From NCBI GenBank assembly GCA_044238535.1, contig JBIIDF010000003.1, positions 1 through 44,395 of the forward strand: 44,395 nucleotides of DNA. Direction: 5' to 3'. Source of the DNA: Vicinamibacterales bacterium (GTDB taxonomy: Bacteria; Acidobacteriota; Vicinamibacteria; Vicinamibacterales; UBA2999). The stretch's first letter is position 1, and each line of letters opens with the position of its first letter. The notes under the pieces are model-generated. The model saw only the letters and a program-made list of their open reading frames with translations, did no database searches and was not told where the DNA came from. Position numbers and translations under genes: made by a program. Positions 19,759 through 27,398 of this stretch are shown here, piece by piece.

Positions 19759-20676
19759 TCAGGCCGCGAAGTCGGGCACGACTCGCTGCACCCTGGCGGG
19801 GGCCCCGACCAGCTCGGCCATCAGCAGGCGGTTGAACCGCTCTTCCCTGAGGAAGTGCAGGTAGGCACCCACCAGGGCCACAGGCACGAGCGGCAGGCCG
19901 AAGGCGCCACCCCACAGCATGCCCTGCGCGCGGCCCGATGTGGGCTGCTGCCAGGCCGTGCGGATGTTCTCGCTGTAGAACGACCCCGAGAACCGCAGGA
20001 TGTCCTCGGCGAGGGTGCCCCAGTGTCCGTGTCGGCCGCCTACGATGGCCCGACCCGCCCACAGGCCTTCCATGAACGACTCGCGGTCGGTGGCACCCGG
20101 CACTTCGGTCCACGTCTCTCCGACGCCGCGCCGATGGTGTGCATCACTGCCCGCCACTGTGCGCAGCCCCGTTGCGTCGGCCACCCAGGCGGCGGTGCGG
20201 TTCTGAATCGGCAGGCGTGATCCGTTGATGACCTCGAGCGCATCGACCCATGGCAGCAGCGCCGCCAGATGTGCCGAGGTCAGGCAGCCTGCGACGCTGG
20301 AGCCGATATGGTTCAGGGTCGTGAACAGCCGCTGCTCCCGCAGATAGGGCATGAGTTCGCGCACGTCCGTGCGCAGGCGCTGCACTTCCGCATGTGTGGC
20401 CGGCGTGAGGCCGAGCACATTCAGATGCACCTTCACCGGATCACCGGGAAACTCACCGGTCACTTCGCAGCCGACGATGACATCGGGCCGATGCGCGAGC
20501 TCAAGCGCTCCGCTGATGACATCGTGATCCGTGATGCACACCAGGTCCATACCGCGCTGCTTCGACAGCGAGTAGACATCGTCGGGTGTGTTGTACGACT
20601 CGCGGAGCACATGCTGCAAGGGACGAATCGTGCTGTAGCCGGAATGCATGGTATGCACGTGCGCATCAAGCTTCAC
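19759..20676 (-). CDS. PHP-domain metal-dependent phosphoesterase
   Basis: DAHVHT, ITDHD, GCEVT, NH, EVING and GSDAH metal-ligand motifs. GTG start behind an AGGAGG SD. Confidence 0.92.
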   Translation of the reverse strand: MKLDAHVHTMHSGYSTIRPLQHVLRESYNTPDDVYSLSKQRGMDLVCITDHDVISGALELAHRPDVIVGCEVTGEFPGDPVKVHLNVLGLTPATHAEVQRLRTDVRELMPYLREQRLFTTLNHIGSSVAGCLTSAHLAALLPWVDALEVINGSRLPIQNRTAAWVADATGLRTVAGSDAHHRRGVGETWTEVPGATDRESFMEGLWAGRAIVGGRHGHWGTLAEDILRFSGSFYSENIRTAWQQPTSGRAQGMLWGGAFGLPLVPVALVGAYLHFLREERFNRLLMAELVGAPARVQRVVPDFAA

Positions 20677-20727
20677 GGGAACCTCCTGACACGCTGGGTG
20701 TGTCACCCCCAGTTATCGCAGGTGCAC

Positions 20728-20754
20728 ACGACAGCCGTGCATCGGCGAGACAAC
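20728..20754 (-). promoter_or_regulatory. Weak candidate Pho-box-like repeats upstream of the PHP operon
   Basis: Minus strand GTTGT, GATGC, GTCGT at an 11-bp period. The -10 is unclear. Confidence 0.25.
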
Positions 20755-20801
20755 ACCCGAGGAAAATCCGTCTATCAACCGCGTGACGGTGGTGCATCAT
20801 C

Positions 20802-20844
20802 GTCACACGGCTGTCACGCGCCGTTGACGTCGACCGCGTATCGT
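20802..20844 (+). promoter_or_regulatory. Pho-box-like direct repeats plus -10 of the methyltransferase gene
   Basis: GTCAC(20802), GTCAC(20813), TTGAC(20824), then 10 nt, TATCGT(20839). Confidence 0.6.
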
Positions 20845-20854
20845 CACACTGCTG

Positions 20855-21475
20855 ATGACCTCGACGTACTGGCTGCTGCTGGCCGCGCTGCCCCTGCTCG
20901 CGGTGGAACGCGTGGCCTATGCACTGATCTGGCGCAGACCCACGGCCTTCCGCGCGGTGTGCAACCGGCTGGGTTGGACTGACCCGGTGCGCGTGCTGCG
21001 CTGGCTGTTTGTCGCATTCAAGGTGCTGCAGTTCGCCGTCTTCCTGCTGTGGATCGGCGGGCATGGTGGCGTGCAGCCGCTGCACTGGCCACCCGGTATC
21101 GCCGGCGTGATCGCGGTGCTGGCAGTGGCGACGGGGCAGACGCTGAATATCTCGGTGTTTGTGCGACTCGGTTCCGTCGGCGTGTTCTACGGCACGCGCT
21201 TCGGTCACGTCGTGCAGTGGTGCACCGGCTTTCCGTTCTCACTGCTCTCGCATCCCCAGTATGTCGGCACGGTGCTCAGCATCTGGGGCCTGTTCCTGCT
21301 GACCCGCTACCCTGCGCCGGACTGGTTTCTGCTGCCGCTGCTCGAGACGGCGTACTACGTCATGGGGGCGATAGCGGAACGAGTGCCGCCACCCGACGCA
21401 GCAGCGGCTCACCCATCCGCACCGTCTGTCCTGCCGCCACCCCCTCGGCCAGCACCACTCCCCTGGACGCGATGA
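20855..21475 (+). CDS. Phospholipid N-methyltransferase, PEMT/Opi3/PLMT (ICMT-fold) type
   Basis: Multi-TM protein with GQ.LN.SVF..LG..GVFYG.RFG....W.T.FPF....HPQYVG motif. Confidence 0.85.
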   Translation: MTSTYWLLLAALPLLAVERVAYALIWRRPTAFRAVCNRLGWTDPVRVLRWLFVAFKVLQFAVFLLWIGGHGGVQPLHWPPGIAGVIAVLAVATGQTLNISVFVRLGSVGVFYGTRFGHVVQWCTGFPFSLLSHPQYVGTVLSIWGLFLLTRYPAPDWFLLPLLETAYYVMGAIAERVPPPDAAAAHPSAPSVLPPPPRPAPLPWTR

Positions 21476-22268
21476 CGATGACGGTCGAGCCATGTTCAAA
21501 GTAGCCGACCTCGTCGCCCCGCGTCAGCGGTGTGCTGCCGGGCACGACGCACTGAGCGTGCCGGTCACGTTCGGCCCAGCCGGGCACGACGGGCAGCACA
21601 ATGCCCGACACCAGAATCGCACCCACGGGCACCAGGACTACCGTCGACGGCTCGCCGTGCAGGGCGAAGGGCAGCACCGCCCGAGTGTTTCGGACGTAGA
21701 GACGCGGCAGCCACTGCACCGTGGGCGGATTCACATTCCAGGCGGCCCCGGGCACGTGACGCACGTCGAGCAGTGTGGCTGTGTCAGGGGTATGGAAGCG
21801 GTGATACATCGCCGGTGTCAGCCTCAGCGTGACAAAGACGCCGTCGACGCACCGGGCCGCGAGCGCGCGGTCCGTGAGCAGGTCTTCGAGGGTGTAGGTA
21901 AGGCCCTTGGCCTGCACCAGGAGGCCATCGGTCACCGGCCCTGCGGACATGACCTGCCCGTCGCAGGGCGACACGAGGTGCTGCGGGTCGGCGTCGATGG
22001 GTCGGGCTCCGGGGCGCAGGCGCCGGATGAAGCATGCGCGCATCGATGGGAACTGCGACTCGGCCGCTTCCTCCAGATGCAGGTCACCTGCGACCCAGGT
22101 GAGTACGCGAATCAGCAGCGCGGCAGCCAGGGGCTGTTCCCAGCGACTGAGCCAGGCCACCACAGGAGCGGTGAGAGGGCCCGGCAGGATGTTGCTGACC
22201 AGCACACGGCACGCATCGACGAATCGACGCTGAAGGGGAGGCGATGGTGACGTCAGTGGTGATGACAT
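21360..22268 (-). CDS. psd: Phosphatidylserine decarboxylase-family pyruvoyl enzyme
   Basis: F.RRLRPGARPI, SPCDG, QAKG.TY.L..LL, YHRFH.P and the GST autocleavage site (HGSTV). Start uncertain (ATG 22268 or GTG 22208). Confidence 0.88.
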   Translation of the reverse strand: MSSPLTSPSPPLQRRFVDACRVLVSNILPGPLTAPVVAWLSRWEQPLAAALLIRVLTWVAGDLHLEEAAESQFPSMRACFIRRLRPGARPIDADPQHLVSPCDGQVMSAGPVTDGLLVQAKGLTYTLEDLLTDRALAARCVDGVFVTLRLTPAMYHRFHTPDTATLLDVRHVPGAAWNVNPPTVQWLPRLYVRNTRAVLPFALHGEPSTVVLVPVGAILVSGIVLPVVPGWAERDRHAQCVVPGSTPLTRGDEVGYFEHGSTVIVIASRGVVLAEGVAAGQTVRMGEPLLRRVAALVPLSPP

Positions 22269-23944
22269 GGAGCCTTTCCGTTGGGGGAGTGGGAGGGGCC
22301 GCCTGGATCGCTCGCCGCGTGTGGCGCCGCCTGCGGCTGTCGAGGGCCAAACATGGGTCGCTGGCGGGTCATGTGCGCTGGGCGAAGCGTTTGTCGCGGT
22401 TGCTGGTGACTGTCGACTATGAGGCGCCGCAGGTGTTTGCCTGCGACGGGGCCCCACCGGCCGTGGTCGAGCAGCGGCATCAGGCGTTCGATGCCCTGAT
22501 GGCGGCTCTGCGCGAACAGTCGCCACAGTCGACGGCACTGGCGGCTGTGGCTCGCCCCCGTGTGTCGGACATGCAGTTCACGTCGCGCTATCGCGTGCCA
22601 CCGGTCTTCAGCCGTTATGTGCGCGAACGGCTGCCGGCAGCCCCGTTTCTGGTGGAATCGCGCGGAAGCACGCTGACGACGATTGACGGTCAGGTGCTCT
22701 ACGACCTCGCCGGTTCGTATGGCGTGACCCTGTTCGGCACGCCGTTCTACGCCGACTGCATCCGGGCTGGTGTGGCAGAGGTTGCGACGCTCGGGCCGGT
22801 GCTCGGTGCCTACCATCCGCTGGTCGCCGACAACGTGCGCCGGCTTTGCGACATTTCCGGCATGGACGAGGTGTCGTTCCACATGTCGGGCACCGAAGCG
22901 GTGATGCAGGCGGTTCGCCTGGCGCGCTATCACAGCGGGCGCTCGCATATTGTGCAATTCTGCGGGGCCTATCACGGCTGGTGGGACGACGTGCAGCCAG
23001 GGGTCGGCAATCCGAGTGCGCCGGGCGACGTGTACGTGCTGAGCGAGATGAGTGCTGCCACGCTGCGCGTGCTCGCCACCCGCGATGACATCGCGTGTGT
23101 GCTGGTCAATCCGCTGCAGGCCCTGCATCCGAATCGGGGAGCACCCTCGGACGGCACGCTGCTGTCCAACGAGCGGACCGCCGGTTATGACCGCGCGGCC
23201 TATGCGGCGTGGCTGCGCCAGCTGCGCGAGGTCTGCACGGCGCGCGGCATCGCCCTGATCTTCGATGAAGTGTTTCTCGGCTTCAGGCTTGCGCGCGGCG
23301 GGGCTCAGGAATACTTCGGCGTGGCGGCCGACCTCGTGACCTATGGCAAGACGCTTGGTGGCGGACTGCCGGTGGGCGCCGTCTGCGGACGCCAGCGATG
23401 GATGCGGCGTTTCCGTGAGGACCGTCCCTCGGATATCTGCTTTGCACGGGGCACCTTCAATGCCCATCCCTATGTGATGGCGACGATGCACGAATTCCTG
23501 ACGCGGCTCGACGATGATCGGCCGGGCGCACCCTCGTTGCGGCGGCAGTACGGCAGCATCGAAGGTGTGTGGATCACACGCATCGCTGCCCTCAACGACG
23601 CACTGACGGCCCGAGAGCTGCCGGTGCGGCTGGTCCACATGCTGTCGGTGGCGACCGTGCTCTATTCGGCGCCATCGCGCTTCAACTGGATGCTCCAGTT
23701 CTACCTGCGCCGGCATGGGCTGCTGCTGTCGTGGGTCGGCACGGGGCGATTCATCTTCAGCCATGCAACGACCGACGAGGAGTGGGCCGAAATCATCCGC
23801 CGCGTTGTGGCTGCGTGTGAAGACATGCGCGGCGGGGGATGGTGGTGGGTGCCCGCAGGCGCGACCACCCGCACCGTCCGCCGGGAGGCGACCGGCGAGC
23901 TGGTGCGGGCAACCTGGCAGTCGTGGATCAGGCGGGCTCGGTGA
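22244..23944 (+). CDS. Class III PLP aminotransferase, GSA-aminomutase-like, with N-terminal extension
   Basis: SGTEAVM, GAYHGW, IFDEVFLGFR, DLVTYGK(PLP)TLGGG and RGTFNAHP motifs. GGAGG SD before ATG 22244. Confidence 0.9.
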   Translation: MVTSVVMTWSLSVGGVGGAAWIARRVWRRLRLSRAKHGSLAGHVRWAKRLSRLLVTVDYEAPQVFACDGAPPAVVEQRHQAFDALMAALREQSPQSTALAAVARPRVSDMQFTSRYRVPPVFSRYVRERLPAAPFLVESRGSTLTTIDGQVLYDLAGSYGVTLFGTPFYADCIRAGVAEVATLGPVLGAYHPLVADNVRRLCDISGMDEVSFHMSGTEAVMQAVRLARYHSGRSHIVQFCGAYHGWWDDVQPGVGNPSAPGDVYVLSEMSAATLRVLATRDDIACVLVNPLQALHPNRGAPSDGTLLSNERTAGYDRAAYAAWLRQLREVCTARGIALIFDEVFLGFRLARGGAQEYFGVAADLVTYGKTLGGGLPVGAVCGRQRWMRRFREDRPSDICFARGTFNAHPYVMATMHEFLTRLDDDRPGAPSLRRQYGSIEGVWITRIAALNDALTARELPVRLVHMLSVATVLYSAPSRFNWMLQFYLRRHGLLLSWVGTGRFIFSHATTDEEWAEIIRRVVAACEDMRGGGWWWVPAGATTRTVRREATGELVRATWQSWIRRAR

Positions 23945-24533
23945 AGGCGGCGGGGTTGGCGGGCTCGCCTTTGAGGAGACGCAGCGGCGCCCGGTGATAC
24001 AACTTTACGTCGTGAAACGGGTCGGTCAGGATTTTCGTGACCCACACCACACCGGTCTGCACATCACGTGTCACACTGAGCAGGACGCCGCGGCCGAACA
24101 GTGCGGCGGCGGCGACGGCCATCCAGATGCGCGCGATGTTGTCGACCAGCGCACCGACGGACGCGGCCGGCGTCAGCCATCCGCCGAATGAAGGGTCAGC
24201 CAGCAGCAACAGCGGGGATGCTGCCCAGGCGATGTGCAGCAGCACCTTGCGATGCAGGTTGTAGCCGACCTTGATGTCTTCCTTGTGGTCGTGTGTCGCC
24301 TCGTTGATGGCGTCGTACGTTTTCGGTTCGAAGAAGAAGTGACCGATCTGGCGCGACGGCATCGCCACCATCCAGGCGAGCAGCACCGCCAGTGTCGGCT
24401 CGGTCCATGCCACGGCATAGCAGGCCAGGAACGTCACGGCACTGACAAAGTGCAGCGACTGATTGACCAGGTTGTGATGATAGTAGCGATGGTCGTCCCA
24501 TCGCTGTTCCGCCAGCGCTTCGGTAAATGTCAT
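23928..24533 (-). CDS. Mpo1/DUF962-like His-rich membrane protein
   Basis: YHH..VNQSLH and RQIGHFFFEPK motifs resemble the Mpo1/DUF962 His motifs. Several TM segments. GAGGAG SD. Confidence 0.65.
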   Translation of the reverse strand: MTFTEALAEQRWDDHRYYHHNLVNQSLHFVSAVTFLACYAVAWTEPTLAVLLAWMVAMPSRQIGHFFFEPKTYDAINEATHDHKEDIKVGYNLHRKVLLHIAWAASPLLLLADPSFGGWLTPAASVGALVDNIARIWMAVAAAALFGRGVLLSVTRDVQTGVVWVTKILTDPFHDVKLYHRAPLRLLKGEPANPAAFTEPA

Positions 24534-24575
24534 GCGTGCACTCCTCACGGGTTGTCGCGTCACAACCGCCGTTCC

Positions 24576-24640
24576 ACCATGCGGCAGATGTGTGACGCGC
24601 GCGTGACAGGCGCGCAAACTCGGCGCAACAGCAGGCGAAC
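24576..24640 (-). promoter_or_regulatory. Pho-box-like repeats plus -10 for the DUF962-like gene
   Basis: Minus strand GTTCG, GTTGC, TTTGC, GTCAC(24607-24603), GTCAC(24596-24592) at an 11-bp period, then 10 nt, CATGGT. Confidence 0.55.
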
Positions 24641-24649
24641 GGTGTCGTT

Positions 24650-24703
24650 GTCACACAGCCGTTGCCCGGTCGACATGGCGATGTCATGGACGCAGGGCAC
24701 GCT
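24650..24703 (+). promoter_or_regulatory. Pho-box-like repeats plus -10 for the second GT4 gene
   Basis: GTCAC(24650), GTTGC(24661), GACAT(24672), GTCAT(24683), then 10 nt, CACGCT(24698), 6 nt, ATG 24710. Confidence 0.6.
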
Positions 24704-24709
24704 GGCGCC

Positions 24710-25939
24710 ATGCGGATTGCCATCCTGACGGACAATGACTTCGGGAAGGTGAACGGAGTCACCACCACACTGAAGGCGGTTCTGCGGTACGCGCCACCCG
24801 ACCTTCGACTGCGTGTCTTCACCGCATGCCGAGAAGAAGCGGATACGCCCGAGTATCGTGCGCTTGTGGCCCGCGGAATGCCCATTCCCTGTTATCGCGA
24901 AATGGAAATGTTCTGGCCGGGTCGGACGCGACTCAAGGCCGAGGTGCAGCGCTTTGCGCCCAGCGTGCTGCACCTGACGACGCCGGGTCCGATCGGCCTC
25001 GCGGCGCTGCATATTCAGCGGGCGCTGCGCCTGCCGATGGTGGGGAGCTTCCACACCGATCTCGCGGCCTATGCGCACCTGCTCACCGGATCACGCGCGG
25101 CGGGCCGGGTGATGGCCGGGTTCCTCAGGTGGCCGTATGGCAAGTGCGAGCACGTACTGGCTCCGTCCGAGGCAACGCGACAGCTGCTGCTGGCTGGACG
25201 GGGTCGTGCCGCCGATTCGGTAAGCATCTGGCGACGGGGTGTGGATACGAGCGCCTATGCGCCCGTACATCGCTCAGCTGCACTCCGGGAGTCATGGGGC
25301 GTCAGCGATGCGCGGCCGGCAGTGCTGTATGTCGGAAGGGTCTCGAAAGAGAAGGGTCTCGACCTGCTGGCCCCGCTGACGCGCGCCCTCTCGGAGGCCG
25401 GCCACGCGCACCGACTGGTCGTGGTGGGCGAGGGTCCCTACCTGGACGAACTGCGTCGGATCCTGCCGGACGCGGTGTTCACCGGGGTGCTCGGTGGCGC
25501 GGCTCTCGCAGAGGCCTATGCATCGGCTGATGTCTTCGCCTTTCCCAGCGCGACGGATACGGCCGGCAATGTTGTGCTGGAAGCGCAGTCCAGTGGCCTG
25601 CCGGTCCTGGTCACCAACATGGGCGGCCCGCAGGAAAATCTCGACGCCGGCACGAGCGGCCTGGTGCTGCCTGCCGGAGACGTGTCGGCCTGGGCCCGTG
25701 CGCTCGGGCCCATGATTCGCGACCGGCGGTGGCGACAGTCGCTGGGGCACGGCGCCCGCGCCTATGCCGAACGCCGCAGCTGGCACGAGGCGCTCGCGCC
25801 ACTCTACGGGTGGTATCGCCTGCTGGCATCGCAGGCCCCTCGCGTATCATCGGGACACGCATGGATGACGGCTCCCGCCCTTTCTCGACCGCAGCACTCA
25901 TCGGCACCGGCGTCATGGGCCGGGGCATTGCCCAGCTGA
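24710..25939 (+). CDS. Glycosyltransferase family 4 (Agt/MgdA-like diacylglycerol glycosyltransferase candidate)
   Basis: MRIAILTD......NGVTTTL, H.TTPGPIG, SFHTD...Y, RGVD, YVGRVSKEKGL and DTAGNVVLEAQ.SG motifs. Confidence 0.9.
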   Translation: MRIAILTDNDFGKVNGVTTTLKAVLRYAPPDLRLRVFTACREEADTPEYRALVARGMPIPCYREMEMFWPGRTRLKAEVQRFAPSVLHLTTPGPIGLAALHIQRALRLPMVGSFHTDLAAYAHLLTGSRAAGRVMAGFLRWPYGKCEHVLAPSEATRQLLLAGRGRAADSVSIWRRGVDTSAYAPVHRSAALRESWGVSDARPAVLYVGRVSKEKGLDLLAPLTRALSEAGHAHRLVVVGEGPYLDELRRILPDAVFTGVLGGAALAEAYASADVFAFPSATDTAGNVVLEAQSSGLPVLVTNMGGPQENLDAGTSGLVLPAGDVSAWARALGPMIRDRRWRQSLGHGARAYAERRSWHEALAPLYGWYRLLASQAPRVSSGHAWMTAPALSRPQHSSAPASWAGALPS

Positions 25940-27396
25940 CCGCGCAGGCCGGCCTGCGCACGCGGCTCTACGACACCAGACCAGGCGCCGCCGAGGCGGC
26001 CCGCGACGGCATTACGCAGGTGCTGCAGCAGCTCGCCGCGAAGGGACGGATGACGGCCGAGGCCGCCACGGCCGCTGCAGACCGCATCGTCGTGGCCGAC
26101 CGCCTGGAGGATCTGGCCGCCGCCGACCTCGTCATCGAAGCCATCGTCGAGCGCCTCGAGGCGAAGCAGGCGCTCTTCACCGCGCTCGAGGCTCTGGTGT
26201 CACCCTCGTGCGTGCTCGCCACCAACACCTCGTCGCTGTCGGTGACCGCCATTGCCGCGGCCCTGCAGCAGCCGGATCGCATGGCCGGGTTCCATTTCTT
26301 CAACCCGGCGCCGCTCATGAAGATCGTCGAGGTGGTGGCCGGTGCGCGCACGTCCGAGGCGACCTGCGCGGCGCTGTGCGACCTGACGCGCGCCTTCGGT
26401 CACCGGCCTGTCCGTGTGCGCGACTGGCCCGGGTTCCTGATCAACCATGCCGGCCGCGCGTATGTCACCGAGGCCATGCGGGTGCTGGCAGAGGGCGTGG
26501 CCGCGCCGGCTGACATCGACCGCATCATGCGCGAGGCCGCCGGCTTCCGCATGGGGCCCTGCGAGCTGCTCGACCTGACGGGGCTCGATGTGTCGCATCC
26601 GGTGATGGAATCGATCTATCGCCAGTTCTACGAGGAGCCGCGCTTCCGTCCCTCGCCCGAAACGCAGCGCCGCCTTGAGGCCGGACTGCTCGGCCGCAAG
26701 AACGGCGAGGGCTTCTACGTCTATCGCGATGGTCGTGCGGTGGTCGACGCAGAGGCGGCGCCACCTGCAGATCGTCCCCTGGCGGTGTGGGTCAGCCGCT
26801 CCGATGCGGCGTATGGCGAGGCTCTGGTGGCCTTCCTGCGCGCGCTGCCGGCATCACCGGTCATCGAAGACACCGCGGCGCCGTCCGCGGAGGCGCTGTG
26901 CCTGGTGACCCCGCTCGGCATCGACGCGACGACAGCCGCGCTAGCCGAGCAGCTCGATCCGGCGCGCACCGTGGCGGTCGACATGCTGTTCGGCCTGGCC
27001 GGGCGCATCACGCTGATGCATACGCCGCTCACGAGTGCCGCGATGCGTCGCGCCGCGCACGGCCTGATGGCGTCGGGCGGACACGCGGTGACCATGGTGG
27101 CCGATAGCCCTGGCGCCGTGGCGCAGCGCGTGGCGGCGGCGATCGTGAACGTGGGCTGTGACATTGCGCAGCAGCGGATTGCCTCGCCCGAGGACATCGA
27201 TCCGGCCGTGCAGTTGGGGCTGGGCTATCCACGCGGTCCACTGGCCCTGGGTGATGCGCTGACGCCGGCCCGCGTCCTGCAGGTGCTCGAGGGCCTCCAT
27301 CGCCTGACGGGCGATCCCCGCTATCGGCCGAGCCTGTGGCTCCGGCGCCGGGCGGCGCTGGGCGTGTCGCTGACCACACCCGACAGGGCCGACTGA
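25861..27396 (+). CDS. paaH: 3-hydroxyadipyl-CoA / 3-hydroxyacyl-CoA dehydrogenase PaaH
   Basis: GTGVMGRGIA Rossmann motif, EAIVE.LE.K, NTSSLS, HFFNPAPLM, duplicated C-terminal domain. Adjacent to paa genes. Confidence 0.88.
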   Translation: MDDGSRPFSTAALIGTGVMGRGIAQLTAQAGLRTRLYDTRPGAAEAARDGITQVLQQLAAKGRMTAEAATAAADRIVVADRLEDLAAADLVIEAIVERLEAKQALFTALEALVSPSCVLATNTSSLSVTAIAAALQQPDRMAGFHFFNPAPLMKIVEVVAGARTSEATCAALCDLTRAFGHRPVRVRDWPGFLINHAGRAYVTEAMRVLAEGVAAPADIDRIMREAAGFRMGPCELLDLTGLDVSHPVMESIYRQFYEEPRFRPSPETQRRLEAGLLGRKNGEGFYVYRDGRAVVDAEAAPPADRPLAVWVSRSDAAYGEALVAFLRALPASPVIEDTAAPSAEALCLVTPLGIDATTAALAEQLDPARTVAVDMLFGLAGRITLMHTPLTSAAMRRAAHGLMASGGHAVTMVADSPGAVAQRVAAAIVNVGCDIAQQRIASPEDIDPAVQLGLGYPRGPLALGDALTPARVLQVLEGLHRLTGDPRYRPSLWLRRRAALGVSLTTPDRAD

Positions 27397-27398
27397 CG

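Noticed and set aside
22244-23944. Calling this gene hemL
   Set aside because: It is too long, has an extra membrane-type N-terminus and has no tetrapyrrole context.
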